A DNA stretch of 64,000 bases from an uncultured Bacteroidota bacterium (GTDB lineage Bacteria > Bacteroidota > Bacteroidia > Bacteroidales > GCA-2748055): the NCBI GenBank assembly GCA_937129385.1, contig CAKZNC010000220.1, positions 32,483 through 96,482 of the forward strand. Reading direction: 5' to 3'. Within the stretch, counting starts at the first letter, position 1. Each line of letters begins with the position of its first letter. Position numbers and translations under genes: made by a program. The notes beneath the pieces were generated by a model. That model was not told where the DNA came from. It saw only the letters and a list, made by a program, of their open reading frames with translations, and did not search any database. This document shows, one piece after another, positions 46,545-54,478 of the stretch.

Positions 46545-47051
46545 ATGACAACAATGGAGTTTAACACAAGGCTGATCAACATGGAGGATCGTTTAGAGAG
46601 ATTTGCACTGAGTCTCACTTCGGACAGGGAAGCTGCGAAGGATCTTCTCCAGGAAACATATGTAAAGGCACTGTCATCCAAGGATAAGTTCATTGAGTTT
46701 ACAAATTTCGAGGCCTGGGCTTATACGATCATGAAGAACACCTTCATCAATAATTACAGGAAGGCAGTCAGGCAGAATACCATTGTTGATCAGACCGAGG
46801 ATCTTTATTACTTAAACAACACCAAGGAATCGGCCAACATCAAGCCAGATTCCACATTTCAACACAAGGAGATCCGCAAGCACATTGATGCCCTGCAGGA
46901 CGAGTTGAAGGTTCCTTTCCTCATGCATACGGAAGGTTACAAATACAAGGAGATTGCAGAAAAACTGGGGTTAAAGATCGGAACTGTAAAAAGCAGAATA
47001 TTCTTTACCCGCAAAAAACTAATGGAATCCCTCAAGGATTATTCCAATTAA
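46545..47051 (+). CDS. RNA polymerase sigma-70 family factor, ECF subfamily
   Basis: 168 aa. Region 2 (DLLQETYVKAL...FEAWAYTIMKNTFINNYRK) and region 4 HTH (YKYKEIAEKLGLKIGTVKSRIFFTRKKL). No anti-sigma gene is adjacent. Confidence 0.8.
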   Translation: MTTMEFNTRLINMEDRLERFALSLTSDREAAKDLLQETYVKALSSKDKFIEFTNFEAWAYTIMKNTFINNYRKAVRQNTIVDQTEDLYYLNNTKESANIKPDSTFQHKEIRKHIDALQDELKVPFLMHTEGYKYKEIAEKLGLKIGTVKSRIFFTRKKLMESLKDYSN

Positions 47052-47111
47052 AAATTAGGTTAATAATAGCAGGAAACGATGGTTAGTTCGTAGTTTTAGT
47101 TAGTGGAAGAC

Positions 47112-47137
47112 CCTTCGCAGCAGCGGAGGGTTTTTTT
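47112..47137 (+). terminator. intrinsic terminator after the ECF sigma gene
   Basis: ccttcgc-agca-gcggagg (7-bp stem including one G-U), followed by g and T7. It overlaps the stop codon of the convergent gene. Confidence 0.7.
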
Positions 47138-47831
47138 ATACCAGTTGTATGATCTGGTCCCTGGAGAATCCAAGCTGCATATGATCGATCTTATTCCGCA
47201 CGTACACCTCCGAGGGTATTCCCACATCAGCAATATAGAGGTCATACTCATCAATATGATTCAGCAGGATTGTTTTTGGAGCAGCGACGGTCAGCACTTT
47301 ATCGGCTTTAAAGCGCCCATGGTCTCCATTCTCTGATATTCCCGTGGGAATATCCAACGAAATCTTTGCTGCCTTCATCCCGTTCATCCGTCTGATCATC
47401 GATGTGATCTGTTCCGGGAGGGGCAAACGTTGTGAAAATCCGAAGAAGCAATCCAGTATCAGGTCGTATTCATCCTCAACCACCTTTTCAACGCCATAGG
47501 AAATGGTTCTGCTAAGTTGGTCCCGGATCAGCTGATGTCCTGTTGAGATGGGCATTTGAATATGCACACGGTACCCCCAGGCTTCAAGCCGCCTGGCAGC
47601 CACAAGGCCTCCCCCGCCGTTATTTCCCGGTCCGACACCCACCAGTATGGATGCCCCGGGATCAACCACAGTTGCCGAAAGCCTGGCAAGTTGAAGTCCG
47701 GCACTCTCCATCATCAATTCTACCGGCAGGTGATAATTATTGACTGCATAATAATCCATTTCCCTGAAAGCCTCCAGTGAAAGCGTCCTGATCTTTGCTG
47801 CTTCGATCTTTGGAAATGTCATGAACTTCAC
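47136..47831 (-). CDS. NAD(P)H-hydrate epimerase (YjeF N-terminal domain protein)
   Basis: ILVGVGPGNNGGGGLVAARRLEAWGY and DCFFGFS motifs of the YjeF_N/NnrE family. 231 aa, single domain. Confidence 0.75.
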   Translation of the reverse strand: MKFMTFPKIEAAKIRTLSLEAFREMDYYAVNNYHLPVELMMESAGLQLARLSATVVDPGASILVGVGPGNNGGGGLVAARRLEAWGYRVHIQMPISTGHQLIRDQLSRTISYGVEKVVEDEYDLILDCFFGFSQRLPLPEQITSMIRRMNGMKAAKISLDIPTGISENGDHGRFKADKVLTVAAPKTILLNHIDEYDLYIADVGIPSEVYVRNKIDHMQLGFSRDQIIQLV

Positions 47832-47857
47832 TTTTTTTTAAATATAAGAAAAAAGTT

Positions 47858-50134
47858 CTATTTCATTGATTGCTGGTGCTGGGCATCCACAACTGCAAAG
47901 GCGGCCATGTCAACGATTTCCCTTACCGAGGCTTCCATCTGCAGGATATGTACCGGTTTTCCCATACCAAGAAGCAGGGGTCCGGTTACTTCTGCTGCCC
48001 CGATCTCCTGCATCATTTTGTATGCAATGTTCCCGGAACTGAGGTTGGGGAATATGATCGTATTCACCTCCCTGTTCCCAAGCTTATTAAACCCATATTT
48101 GCTGGTGCGTAGTTCCGTATTCAGTGCATAGTTCATTTGCATTTCTCCGTCAACAACCAGGTCGGGGTGTTCCCGGTGAAGCATCCTGACCGCCTCCCTG
48201 GCTCTTTCCGGACTGGTCCCCTTGATTGAGCCAAAATTTGAATAGCTGACCACGGCGATCACGGGTTCAATATTAAATTGGCGGACTGTTTCTGCAACCA
48301 GCAGTGTCGTGTCGGCAATGGTCTGGGCAGATGGCTGGATGTTGACAGTTGTGTCGGCAAAAAAGTAAGTGCCCTTCTTTGTCTGGACAATATACATTCC
48401 GGCCACATGATTTTTTTCATTGTTTGTACCTGTAATCTGGATCGCCGGCCGGATCACGTCGGCGTATTTACTGGAGAAACCTGACAGGAACGCGTCGGCA
48501 TCCCCCATCTCTACCATCATGATTCCAAAATGGTTGGGCTGGAACATATTGGAAAGTGCATCATCATAGGTCATTCCTTTTCGGGCTCGCTTTTCAAACA
48601 ATCGCTGTGCGTATCTCTTACGTAATTCTTTCGCCTCCGTACTTCTTTGTTCGATGATCTCTATATCTTCCAGATCAAGGCGATATTCCCGTATTAACTC
48701 CTGTATTTTTTCCTTGTCACCGAGCAGGACCGGTTCGGCGATACCTTCCATTTTAACTGTTTGCACAGCTTTCAGCATCTTGTAGTTGTCGGCCTCACTG
48801 AAGATGAGTCTTCTTGGATTGGATCTTGCCTTGGAAATCACTTCACGGATCAGCTGGTTATCAAGTCCCATTCTTTTGCGCAGCTCCTCCTTGTACTTGT
48901 CCCAATCCTCTATTTTGGTACGTGCCACACCTGTTTCAATTGCAGCCTTTGCCACGGCAGGGGCAACATGGTAGATCAGTCTTGGGTCCAGTGGCTTGGG
49001 AATAATGTAATCATGACCGAAAAACAGGTTTTGCGTCCTGTAGGCCTTATTTACAGTCTCCGGCACATCTTCTTTTGTGAGGTTGGCCAGTGCATGTACT
49101 GCAGCGATTTTCATTTCTTCATTGATCGCTTTTGCCTTTACATCCAATGCTCCCCTGAAGATAAAAGGAAATCCGAGTACGTTGTTGATCTGATTGGGAT
49201 AATCTGATCTGCCTGTTGCAAAGATGAGGTCCTTTCTTGCCTTCATGGCCTTTTCGTATGCAATTTCCGGATTGGGGTTTGCCATGGCGAATACGATGGG
49301 ATTCGGGCCCATTGATTTTAACATCTCCGCTGTCAGCACATCAGCCACAGAAAGACCCAGGAATACATCAGCGTCCTTCATAGCATCCGCAAGTGTTTCG
49401 GCATTCGTGTCCCTGACAAAATCAGCCTTGTATTTATTCAGGTCTTTACGTTTGGTGTTCAACACTCCCCTGCTGTCACACATGAGTACATTTTCGGATT
49501 TGACTCCCAGAGAGATATAGAGTTTTGCACAGGAAATTGCCGAAGCCCCGGCGCCATTCACAACCACCTTCACCTCACCGATCTTCTTGTTCACCAGTTC
49601 CAGCGCGTTCAGCAGTCCTGCTGCAGATATGATCGCTGTTCCGTGCTGGTCATCATGAAAGACGGGGATGTCCAGCTCCTTCTTAAGGGTCTCTTCTATC
49701 TCAAAACATTCAGGCGCTTTGATGTCCTCCAGGTTGATTCCTCCGAAAGTTGGAGAAATTGCTTTGACCGTCTCAATGAATTCTGCAGGATCATGCCGGT
49801 CCACTTCGATATCAAAGACATCGATATCTGAAAATATCTTAAAAAGCAGTCCTTTCCCCTCCATCACAGGCTTCCCTGCCATTGCGCCAATATCTCCCAG
49901 TCCGAGAACAGCTGTGCCATTGGAGATCACTGCCACCAGGTTTCCGCGCGCTGTGTATTTGTACGCATCTTCCGGATTCTTCTGGATTTCCAGGCAGGGT
50001 TCAGCCACACCCGGCGAGTATGCCAGGGACAGGTCCTGCTGAGAACTGTGTGGTTTGGTTGGTACAACTTCGATTTTTCCGGGACGCCCGGCACTGTGAT
50101 AGTTCAATGCGTCTTCTTTTGTGAATTTTGCCAT
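47858..50134 (-). CDS. maeB: NADP-dependent malic enzyme with C-terminal phosphotransacetylase-like domain
   Basis: 758 aa. N-terminus [20 protein letters not shown]...[21 protein letters not shown] and [13 protein letters not shown]-like C-terminal half is typical of MaeB. Confidence 0.9.
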   Translation of the reverse strand: MAKFTKEDALNYHSAGRPGKIEVVPTKPHSSQQDLSLAYSPGVAEPCLEIQKNPEDAYKYTARGNLVAVISNGTAVLGLGDIGAMAGKPVMEGKGLLFKIFSDIDVFDIEVDRHDPAEFIETVKAISPTFGGINLEDIKAPECFEIEETLKKELDIPVFHDDQHGTAIISAAGLLNALELVNKKIGEVKVVVNGAGASAISCAKLYISLGVKSENVLMCDSRGVLNTKRKDLNKYKADFVRDTNAETLADAMKDADVFLGLSVADVLTAEMLKSMGPNPIVFAMANPNPEIAYEKAMKARKDLIFATGRSDYPNQINNVLGFPFIFRGALDVKAKAINEEMKIAAVHALANLTKEDVPETVNKAYRTQNLFFGHDYIIPKPLDPRLIYHVAPAVAKAAIETGVARTKIEDWDKYKEELRKRMGLDNQLIREVISKARSNPRRLIFSEADNYKMLKAVQTVKMEGIAEPVLLGDKEKIQELIREYRLDLEDIEIIEQRSTEAKELRKRYAQRLFEKRARKGMTYDDALSNMFQPNHFGIMMVEMGDADAFLSGFSSKYADVIRPAIQITGTNNEKNHVAGMYIVQTKKGTYFFADTTVNIQPSAQTIADTTLLVAETVRQFNIEPVIAVVSYSNFGSIKGTSPERAREAVRMLHREHPDLVVDGEMQMNYALNTELRTSKYGFNKLGNREVNTIIFPNLSSGNIAYKMMQEIGAAEVTGPLLLGMGKPVHILQMEASVREIVDMAAFAVVDAQHQQSMK

Positions 50135-50352
50135 CTTGCGGTTTTTAAATGTGATGAGGAGACAAAATTACAAAGGGTCCCGTGGTGATGGTATGTTTAT
50201 TGACAGCTATTTCCGCTGTTGTTCAGCAGGGGATGAACAGTTGGTTCAAAAAAAAGCATATGGGACTACCTCCTTGAGAATTGTTAAAAAGATCCTTTGT
50301 ATCCACTGATTTCACTTATTTGATTAGATTTAAAGATAAAAATTAAAGCCAT

Positions 50353-51129
50353 ATGAAAAACCTGTTGTTTTTAATTACGATCATCCTGGGCCTTCCTCTT
50401 TACGGACAGCAAAACCCGGGTACAGTTGATATTGATATCACTACGCTTCCCAATGATGAAACATTCTCCCCAAAACATGTACTTGCGATTTGGGTTGAAG
50501 ACGGTTCAGGCTCATTTGTAAAAACATTGAAATTGAGAGGTGATAAACGCAAAGGTTATTTATATACCTGGAACGAGGTAACTTCTGGAAATACAACTGA
50601 TGCGATCACCGGCGCAACGCTCTCAGACCACCAGACGCATTCGGTTTCCTGGAATTGCACGGATGTGGAAGGGGCCGTTGTATCCGATGGAACTTACAGT
50701 GTAATGGTCGAGTATACATCTGCACATAAACAGGGTCCGCTTACCGGGATCGAGTTCACTAAGGCAGGGGATGAGGTAACGGTATCACCTCCCGATGAAG
50801 CCTATTTCACAAACATGCAACTGGTCTATACCCCGGAAGATGTCATCGGAATCAATCCTCAACAAGTTACCGTGGATATCCGTATCTACCCGGTACCGGC
50901 CGGTGACCATCTGAATATTATACTTGACCTGCCCACATCAAACACCATCAGCATTGATCTGTACTCTGTTGATATGAAGCTTGTTAATCGTTTGTATAAA
51001 GGGAGTGTGGAAGCTGGGAAGCGGGTGATCAACAGCCCAATCAACCGCCACGTCGCAGTTCCTGGTACTTACCTGTTGCTGATCAGGGGAGAGAACCTCT
51101 TTGTTTCCCGGCAGATCAGTATCGAATAG
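50353..51129 (+). CDS. secreted hypothetical protein (DUF2271-like N-terminal part) with T9SS C-terminal domain
   Basis: Signal peptide MKNLLFLITIILGLPLYGQ. HVLAIWVEDGSGSFVKTLKL...YLYTW resembles DUF2271. CTD-like tail: IRIYPVPAGDHLNI...IDLYSVDMKLV...GTYLLLIRG. Confidence 0.5.
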   Translation: MKNLLFLITIILGLPLYGQQNPGTVDIDITTLPNDETFSPKHVLAIWVEDGSGSFVKTLKLRGDKRKGYLYTWNEVTSGNTTDAITGATLSDHQTHSVSWNCTDVEGAVVSDGTYSVMVEYTSAHKQGPLTGIEFTKAGDEVTVSPPDEAYFTNMQLVYTPEDVIGINPQQVTVDIRIYPVPAGDHLNIILDLPTSNTISIDLYSVDMKLVNRLYKGSVEAGKRVINSPINRHVAVPGTYLLLIRGENLFVSRQISIE

Positions 51130-51163
51130 TCTTTTTTCGGCAAAACCATTCTTTCATGAAATG

Positions 51164-51195
51164 GTTGCAGAAATCAAAATTGGATAGTATATTTG
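51164..51195 (+). promoter_or_regulatory. Bacteroidetes-type promoter-like motif upstream of tRNA-Gly
   Basis: gttg (51164..51167), a 20-nt spacer, and tatatttg (51188..51195), 30 nt upstream of the tRNA-Gly 5' end. Confidence 0.3.
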
Positions 51196-51224
51196 CAATC
51201 GCTTTTTGAATCATTGACATATTT

Positions 51225-51297
51225 GCGGGAATAGCTCAGTTGGTAGAGCGTGACCTTGCCAAGGTCGAGGTCGCCGGTTCGAGTCCGGTTTCCCGCT
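51225..51297 (+). tRNA. tRNA-Gly (anticodon GCC)
   Basis: GCGGGAATAGCTCAGTTGGTAGAGCGTGACCTTGCCAAGGTCGAGGTCGCCGGTTCGAGTCCGGTTTCCCGCT. Cloverleaf folds by hand; anticodon loop TTGCCAA. Confidence 0.9.
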
Positions 51298-51308
51298 CAC
51301 ACTTTTTA

Positions 51309-51339
51309 CCACCTCCCGGAGACGGGGGGTGGTTTTTTT
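51309..51339 (+). terminator. intrinsic terminator after tRNA-Gly
   Basis: ccacctccc-ggagac-ggggggtgg (9-bp stem with one G-U) followed by T7. Confidence 0.65.
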
Positions 51340-51388
51340 ATCCGCATAAAAGCTTTATTTTTGCCATGCCAGTTTCAACAAGGCAATA

Positions 51389-51474
51389 GCCCGAATGGCG
51401 GAATTGGTAGACGCGCTGGACTTAAAATCCAGTGGCCAGCAATGGCCGTGCCGGTTCGATTCCGGCTTCGGGTA
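51389..51474 (+). tRNA. tRNA-Leu (anticodon TAA), long variable arm
   Basis: GCCCGAATGGCGGAATTGGTAGACGCGCTGGACTTAAAATCCAGTGGCCAGCAATGGCCGTGCCGGTTCGATTCCGGCTTCGGGTA. Anticodon loop CTTAAAA, variable stem-loop GGCCAGCAATGGCC. Position 1-72 is a G-U pair. Confidence 0.85.
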
Positions 51475-51479
51475 CTTAT

Positions 51480-51521
51480 AGAGTTAAGAGTGGAGAGTTA
51501 AGAGTGGAGAGTTAAGAGAGG
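51480..51521 (+). repeat. 14-nt tandem repeat x3 in the tRNA-Leu 3' trailer
   Basis: agagttaagagtgg, agagttaagagtgg, agagttaagagagg. It starts 6 nt after the tRNA 3' end. Confidence 0.9.
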
Positions 51522-51542
51522 GGGCTTCGACTAATAAATTAA

Positions 51543-51571
51543 GGCGAGCATTATCTGCTCGTCTTTTTTTT
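51543..51571 (+). terminator. intrinsic terminator after tRNA-Leu
   Basis: ggcgagca-ttatc-tgctcgtc (8-bp stem including one G-U) followed by T8. Confidence 0.7.
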
Positions 51572-51644
51572 GTCCTGCATCGAAGCACCAAATGGCGGAA
51601 CCGAGGAGGCGCCAGCCGACGAGCTCATGAGGGGCGACAAAGGA

Positions 51645-51726
51645 GCCACGAATAATTGGTAGACGCGCTGGACTTAAAATCCAGTGGCCAGCAATGGCCG
51701 TGCCGGTTCGATTCCGGCTTCGGGTA
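51645..51726 (+). pseudogene. pseudo-tRNA-Leu (intact from D-loop to 3' end; 5' acceptor/D-stem disrupted)
   Basis: gccAcgaat-aattggtag... versus gcccgaatGGCGGaattggtag... in the intact copy (1-nt insertion and 5-nt deletion). From aattggtag onward it is identical to the functional gene. Confidence 0.6.
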
Positions 51727-51731
51727 CTTAT

Positions 51732-51773
51732 AGAGTTAAGAGTGGAGAGTTAAGAGTGGAGAGTTAAGAGAGG
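51732..51773 (+). repeat. second copy of the 14-nt x3 tandem repeat
   Basis: Identical to 51480..51521 and part of the 196-bp duplication. Confidence 0.9.
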
Positions 51774-51794
51774 GGGCTTCGACTAATAAATTAA

Positions 51795-51823
51795 GGCGAG
51801 CATTATCTGCTCGTCTTTTTTTT
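51795..51823 (+). terminator. second copy of the tRNA-Leu terminator
   Basis: Identical to 51543..51571. Confidence 0.6.
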
Positions 51824-51899
51824 GTCCTGCATCGAAGCACCAAATGGCGCCGGGCGGCTGCAGTAATCTGTTCGTGGATACAATTATGAGAAAACGAGG

Positions 51900-54458
51900 C
51901 TATTTTTTATCGTAACTGATTTTGTGTGTATGGATTTGTCCGTCTTTTTGAAGCATAAGAAGATAAATGCCACCTTCCAGATGAGCCACGGGGAGCTTTT
52001 CCATGGAAGTAAAAGGTGATATCTGCTTTTCAATGATCTTTTTTCCGTCTATTGTAAACAGGACTACCTTTCCCGGTTTTTCTGATGGACTGGTGCTGAT
52101 ATAAAGTAATCCATCCCTGATCCAGGTCCTGAATGAATCATAGGACGATGATCCGATTCCGGTTCCCTGGTTGGACAGGGTGATTTCGACCTCATCCTTG
52201 ATCCCGGATCCGTCATTTGCGGCAGCACGAACGGTGACCAACCCATTGCCATTCCCTGTTGCACTGACCAGGCCGGTTTGATCCACAACAGCTCGATCCT
52301 TTCCTTCGGCTATACTCCAGGCAATTTCCTTTTTGGATGCATTCGCCGGCAATACGTAGGCTGTCAGTTGAAGTGATCCTTTTAACTCAGTAATCGAAGT
52401 GACGGCTGTCTGTATCTGAACCTGCTCGATAAATACCTGGTTTATCACTGATATTGTAACTTCCGATGAAACGCCTGAACCGTCTTTTGAAGAGGCCCTT
52501 ATAACAACATTTCCATCGCCGGTTCCGAGGGCATTCAAAATGCCTGATTGGTAAATTTCTGCAATGGAACTGCCTGAAATGAGTTCCCAGTTCAATGTCT
52601 TATTCGAGGCATTGGAGGGGGCAACCTCGCTATAGATCCACACCGATCCCATCCTGTTATCAATCTCTGTCCGCGATGGAATCAGGTCAATGGATTCTAC
52701 CTGCAGTTGATTTGTAACTGTAACAATGATCTCAGCAGATACTCCGGAACCATCCATTGAAGATACTCGTACACGCACATTACCATCGCCCACCCCTGTT
52801 GCGGTGAGCAGTCCGATTTGATCAACAGCCGCGAGGTTTTGACCGCTTACTACCTCCCAGGTAATCGCTTGATTATTTGCATCTCCAGGTAAAATGCCGG
52901 CAGAAAGTTGCACAGAGCCACCCTTGATCTCTATCCGTGGCGAAGCTGGTTCAATCGTGATCTCTTCAACCAGGACCGGAACAGAAAGTTGATCCAGCGT
53001 GATGCTGTCCAGGTAAAATGTGGCGGGATCTGTACCCAGGATCAGAGAAAACCGGGCATCATTGTCGGACGGCTCTTCCATTGTAAAAGTAAAGCTGTAC
53101 CATCCCAGGGAATTCGTCAGATTGAATGTTTCGTAGTTGGTATACACATTGTATGGATCGGAGTTTTTCCCGAAGTAAGCCTTTATGATTTTTCCCGGTT
53201 CGTCAGCCTCAGCTTTCAATGACAACCTGTACTCACCACCTTGTATCAGGTTCATGCCTGCCTGGGTCAATAGCACGTGCCAATCGGTCCCATCCACCAC
53301 CGGGACCTCGATCACTGCTTCTCCATCAGACGTGTCGGCTGAGGCTTCGGCCTCTCCCCGAACATCCAGAGTCCATCCGGCCAGTCCGTTGTGAAAGTCC
53401 CCGTTTCGAATGTCCCATGGATCCGGGGGAACCGAGTATGGGTCGATATGTTCGGTGAGTGCATTCAGCAGGTAATTTCTCCATATGTCTTCCACGGGAT
53501 CAAAAACCCCGAACCCTGCCTGGAACTCCCAGTATGCCCAGCTAAACCCGAAGGACTCAAAGGTCCGCGCACAGTATGCGGTCCACCTTGCCCTTGAAGC
53601 ATTATCCGCTGCCGAGTATGCACCGAACTCTCCCACATGTACCGGCACATTGTGTAGCTCAGAATAGGCCCGGACCTTTGAGAATTCATTGATCACCGTT
53701 TGCCGCTCTGACGCTGTACTGTCCCATGTTGTTCCCAGCCAATCCTGTGACTGAGTCCCCACCCAGCTGGCTCCCTGGTGGGTGAAATTGAACGGGTTAT
53801 AATAGTGAACAGTCAGGATCATATTGGTATCAGCGGTCCATTCCAGCTTGTCCACACTTCCAACCCCGTTCCAGTCGGGAGGACCGACCACGCAAATCCG
53901 GGTTGGATTATCGATCCTGACTGTGTCCAGGGTCTGCTGGTAGATCTCATTCCATTTTGAAGAGACCATTAATTGATGTGGCTCATTCAGGAACTCAAAC
54001 AGCAGGCTGTCGGGATACTCCCGGAATGCTTCGGAGATCTGTTTCCAGATCGCCAGGAAGCGTGTACGATGTTCACTGTCGGGATTGTCATTGAAATCGT
54101 CATAATGATGCATATTGATCATGGCATACATGCCGTTATCAAGGGTCGCATCCACCACTTTCGTAATGGTATCCAGGAACCAGGGTTCGATGGTATAAGG
54201 CGGATTTTCAGATGCGTAATCATTCCACCTGATGGGAATCCTCAGGTGAGAGAAGCCCTGTTCAGCGATGATCCTGATGTATCTCTCATTCATGCTGAAT
54301 CCCCAATTGTTCTCCCTGGGCGATTCAAATGTATTCCCCAGGTTGAGCCCCCTGCCGAGCTTTTCATTGATCTCATGAGCCCTTGTCTGGGCATCCAGGT
54401 TTGTACCAAAGGTGCCTGCCAACAACAATAATATGATAAAAACGATCCTGGTTTTCAT
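51900..54458 (-). CDS. glycoside hydrolase family 5 endoglucanase with CBM4/9-like module, 3 x Big_2 and T9SS C-terminal domain
   Basis: Signal peptide. GH5 motifs LLFEFLNEPH (acid/base NEP) and VHVGEFGAY (nucleophile). A CBM-like segment DIRNGDFHNGLAGWTL...FYLDSITL. Three Big_2 units (52167..52976). CTD-like tail: VVLFTIDGKKI...GIYLLMLQ. Confidence 0.85.
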   Translation of the reverse strand: MKTRIVFIILLLLAGTFGTNLDAQTRAHEINEKLGRGLNLGNTFESPRENNWGFSMNERYIRIIAEQGFSHLRIPIRWNDYASENPPYTIEPWFLDTITKVVDATLDNGMYAMINMHHYDDFNDNPDSEHRTRFLAIWKQISEAFREYPDSLLFEFLNEPHQLMVSSKWNEIYQQTLDTVRIDNPTRICVVGPPDWNGVGSVDKLEWTADTNMILTVHYYNPFNFTHQGASWVGTQSQDWLGTTWDSTASERQTVINEFSKVRAYSELHNVPVHVGEFGAYSAADNASRARWTAYCARTFESFGFSWAYWEFQAGFGVFDPVEDIWRNYLLNALTEHIDPYSVPPDPWDIRNGDFHNGLAGWTLDVRGEAEASADTSDGEAVIEVPVVDGTDWHVLLTQAGMNLIQGGEYRLSLKAEADEPGKIIKAYFGKNSDPYNVYTNYETFNLTNSLGWYSFTFTMEEPSDNDARFSLILGTDPATFYLDSITLDQLSVPVLVEEITIEPASPRIEIKGGSVQLSAGILPGDANNQAITWEVVSGQNLAAVDQIGLLTATGVGDGNVRVRVSSMDGSGVSAEIIVTVTNQLQVESIDLIPSRTEIDNRMGSVWIYSEVAPSNASNKTLNWELISGSSIAEIYQSGILNALGTGDGNVVIRASSKDGSGVSSEVTISVINQVFIEQVQIQTAVTSITELKGSLQLTAYVLPANASKKEIAWSIAEGKDRAVVDQTGLVSATGNGNGLVTVRAAANDGSGIKDEVEITLSNQGTGIGSSSYDSFRTWIRDGLLYISTSPSEKPGKVVLFTIDGKKIIEKQISPFTSMEKLPVAHLEGGIYLLMLQKDGQIHTHKISYDKK
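52167..52976 (-). repeat. three tandem Big_2 coding repeats
   Basis: Three ~90-aa units ending in TNQ / INQ / SNQ. They have the same consensus as the GH30 triplet but have diverged at the nucleotide level. Confidence 0.75.
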
Positions 54459-54478
54459 AAAATTCCAATTAATAATTT

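Larger units (their letters stand above)
51402..51849 (+). repeat. tandem direct duplication: 51402..51597 is identical to 51654..51849 (196 bp, period 252 bp)
   Basis: Compared base by base in the printed sequence, with no mismatch seen. The unit comprises tRNA-Leu positions 14-86, a 14-nt x3 microsatellite, a terminator and 26 further nt. Confidence 0.9.

Noticed and set aside
51250-51501. 83-aa ORF
   Set aside because: It reads straight through tRNA-Gly, its terminator and tRNA-Leu, so it is not coding.
51402-51849. The repeated gagttaagagtgg units looked superficially CRISPR-like
   Set aside because: The 14-nt units are contiguous, with no spacers. The larger repeat is a two-copy 196-bp duplication that includes tRNA sequence, and no cas genes are nearby.
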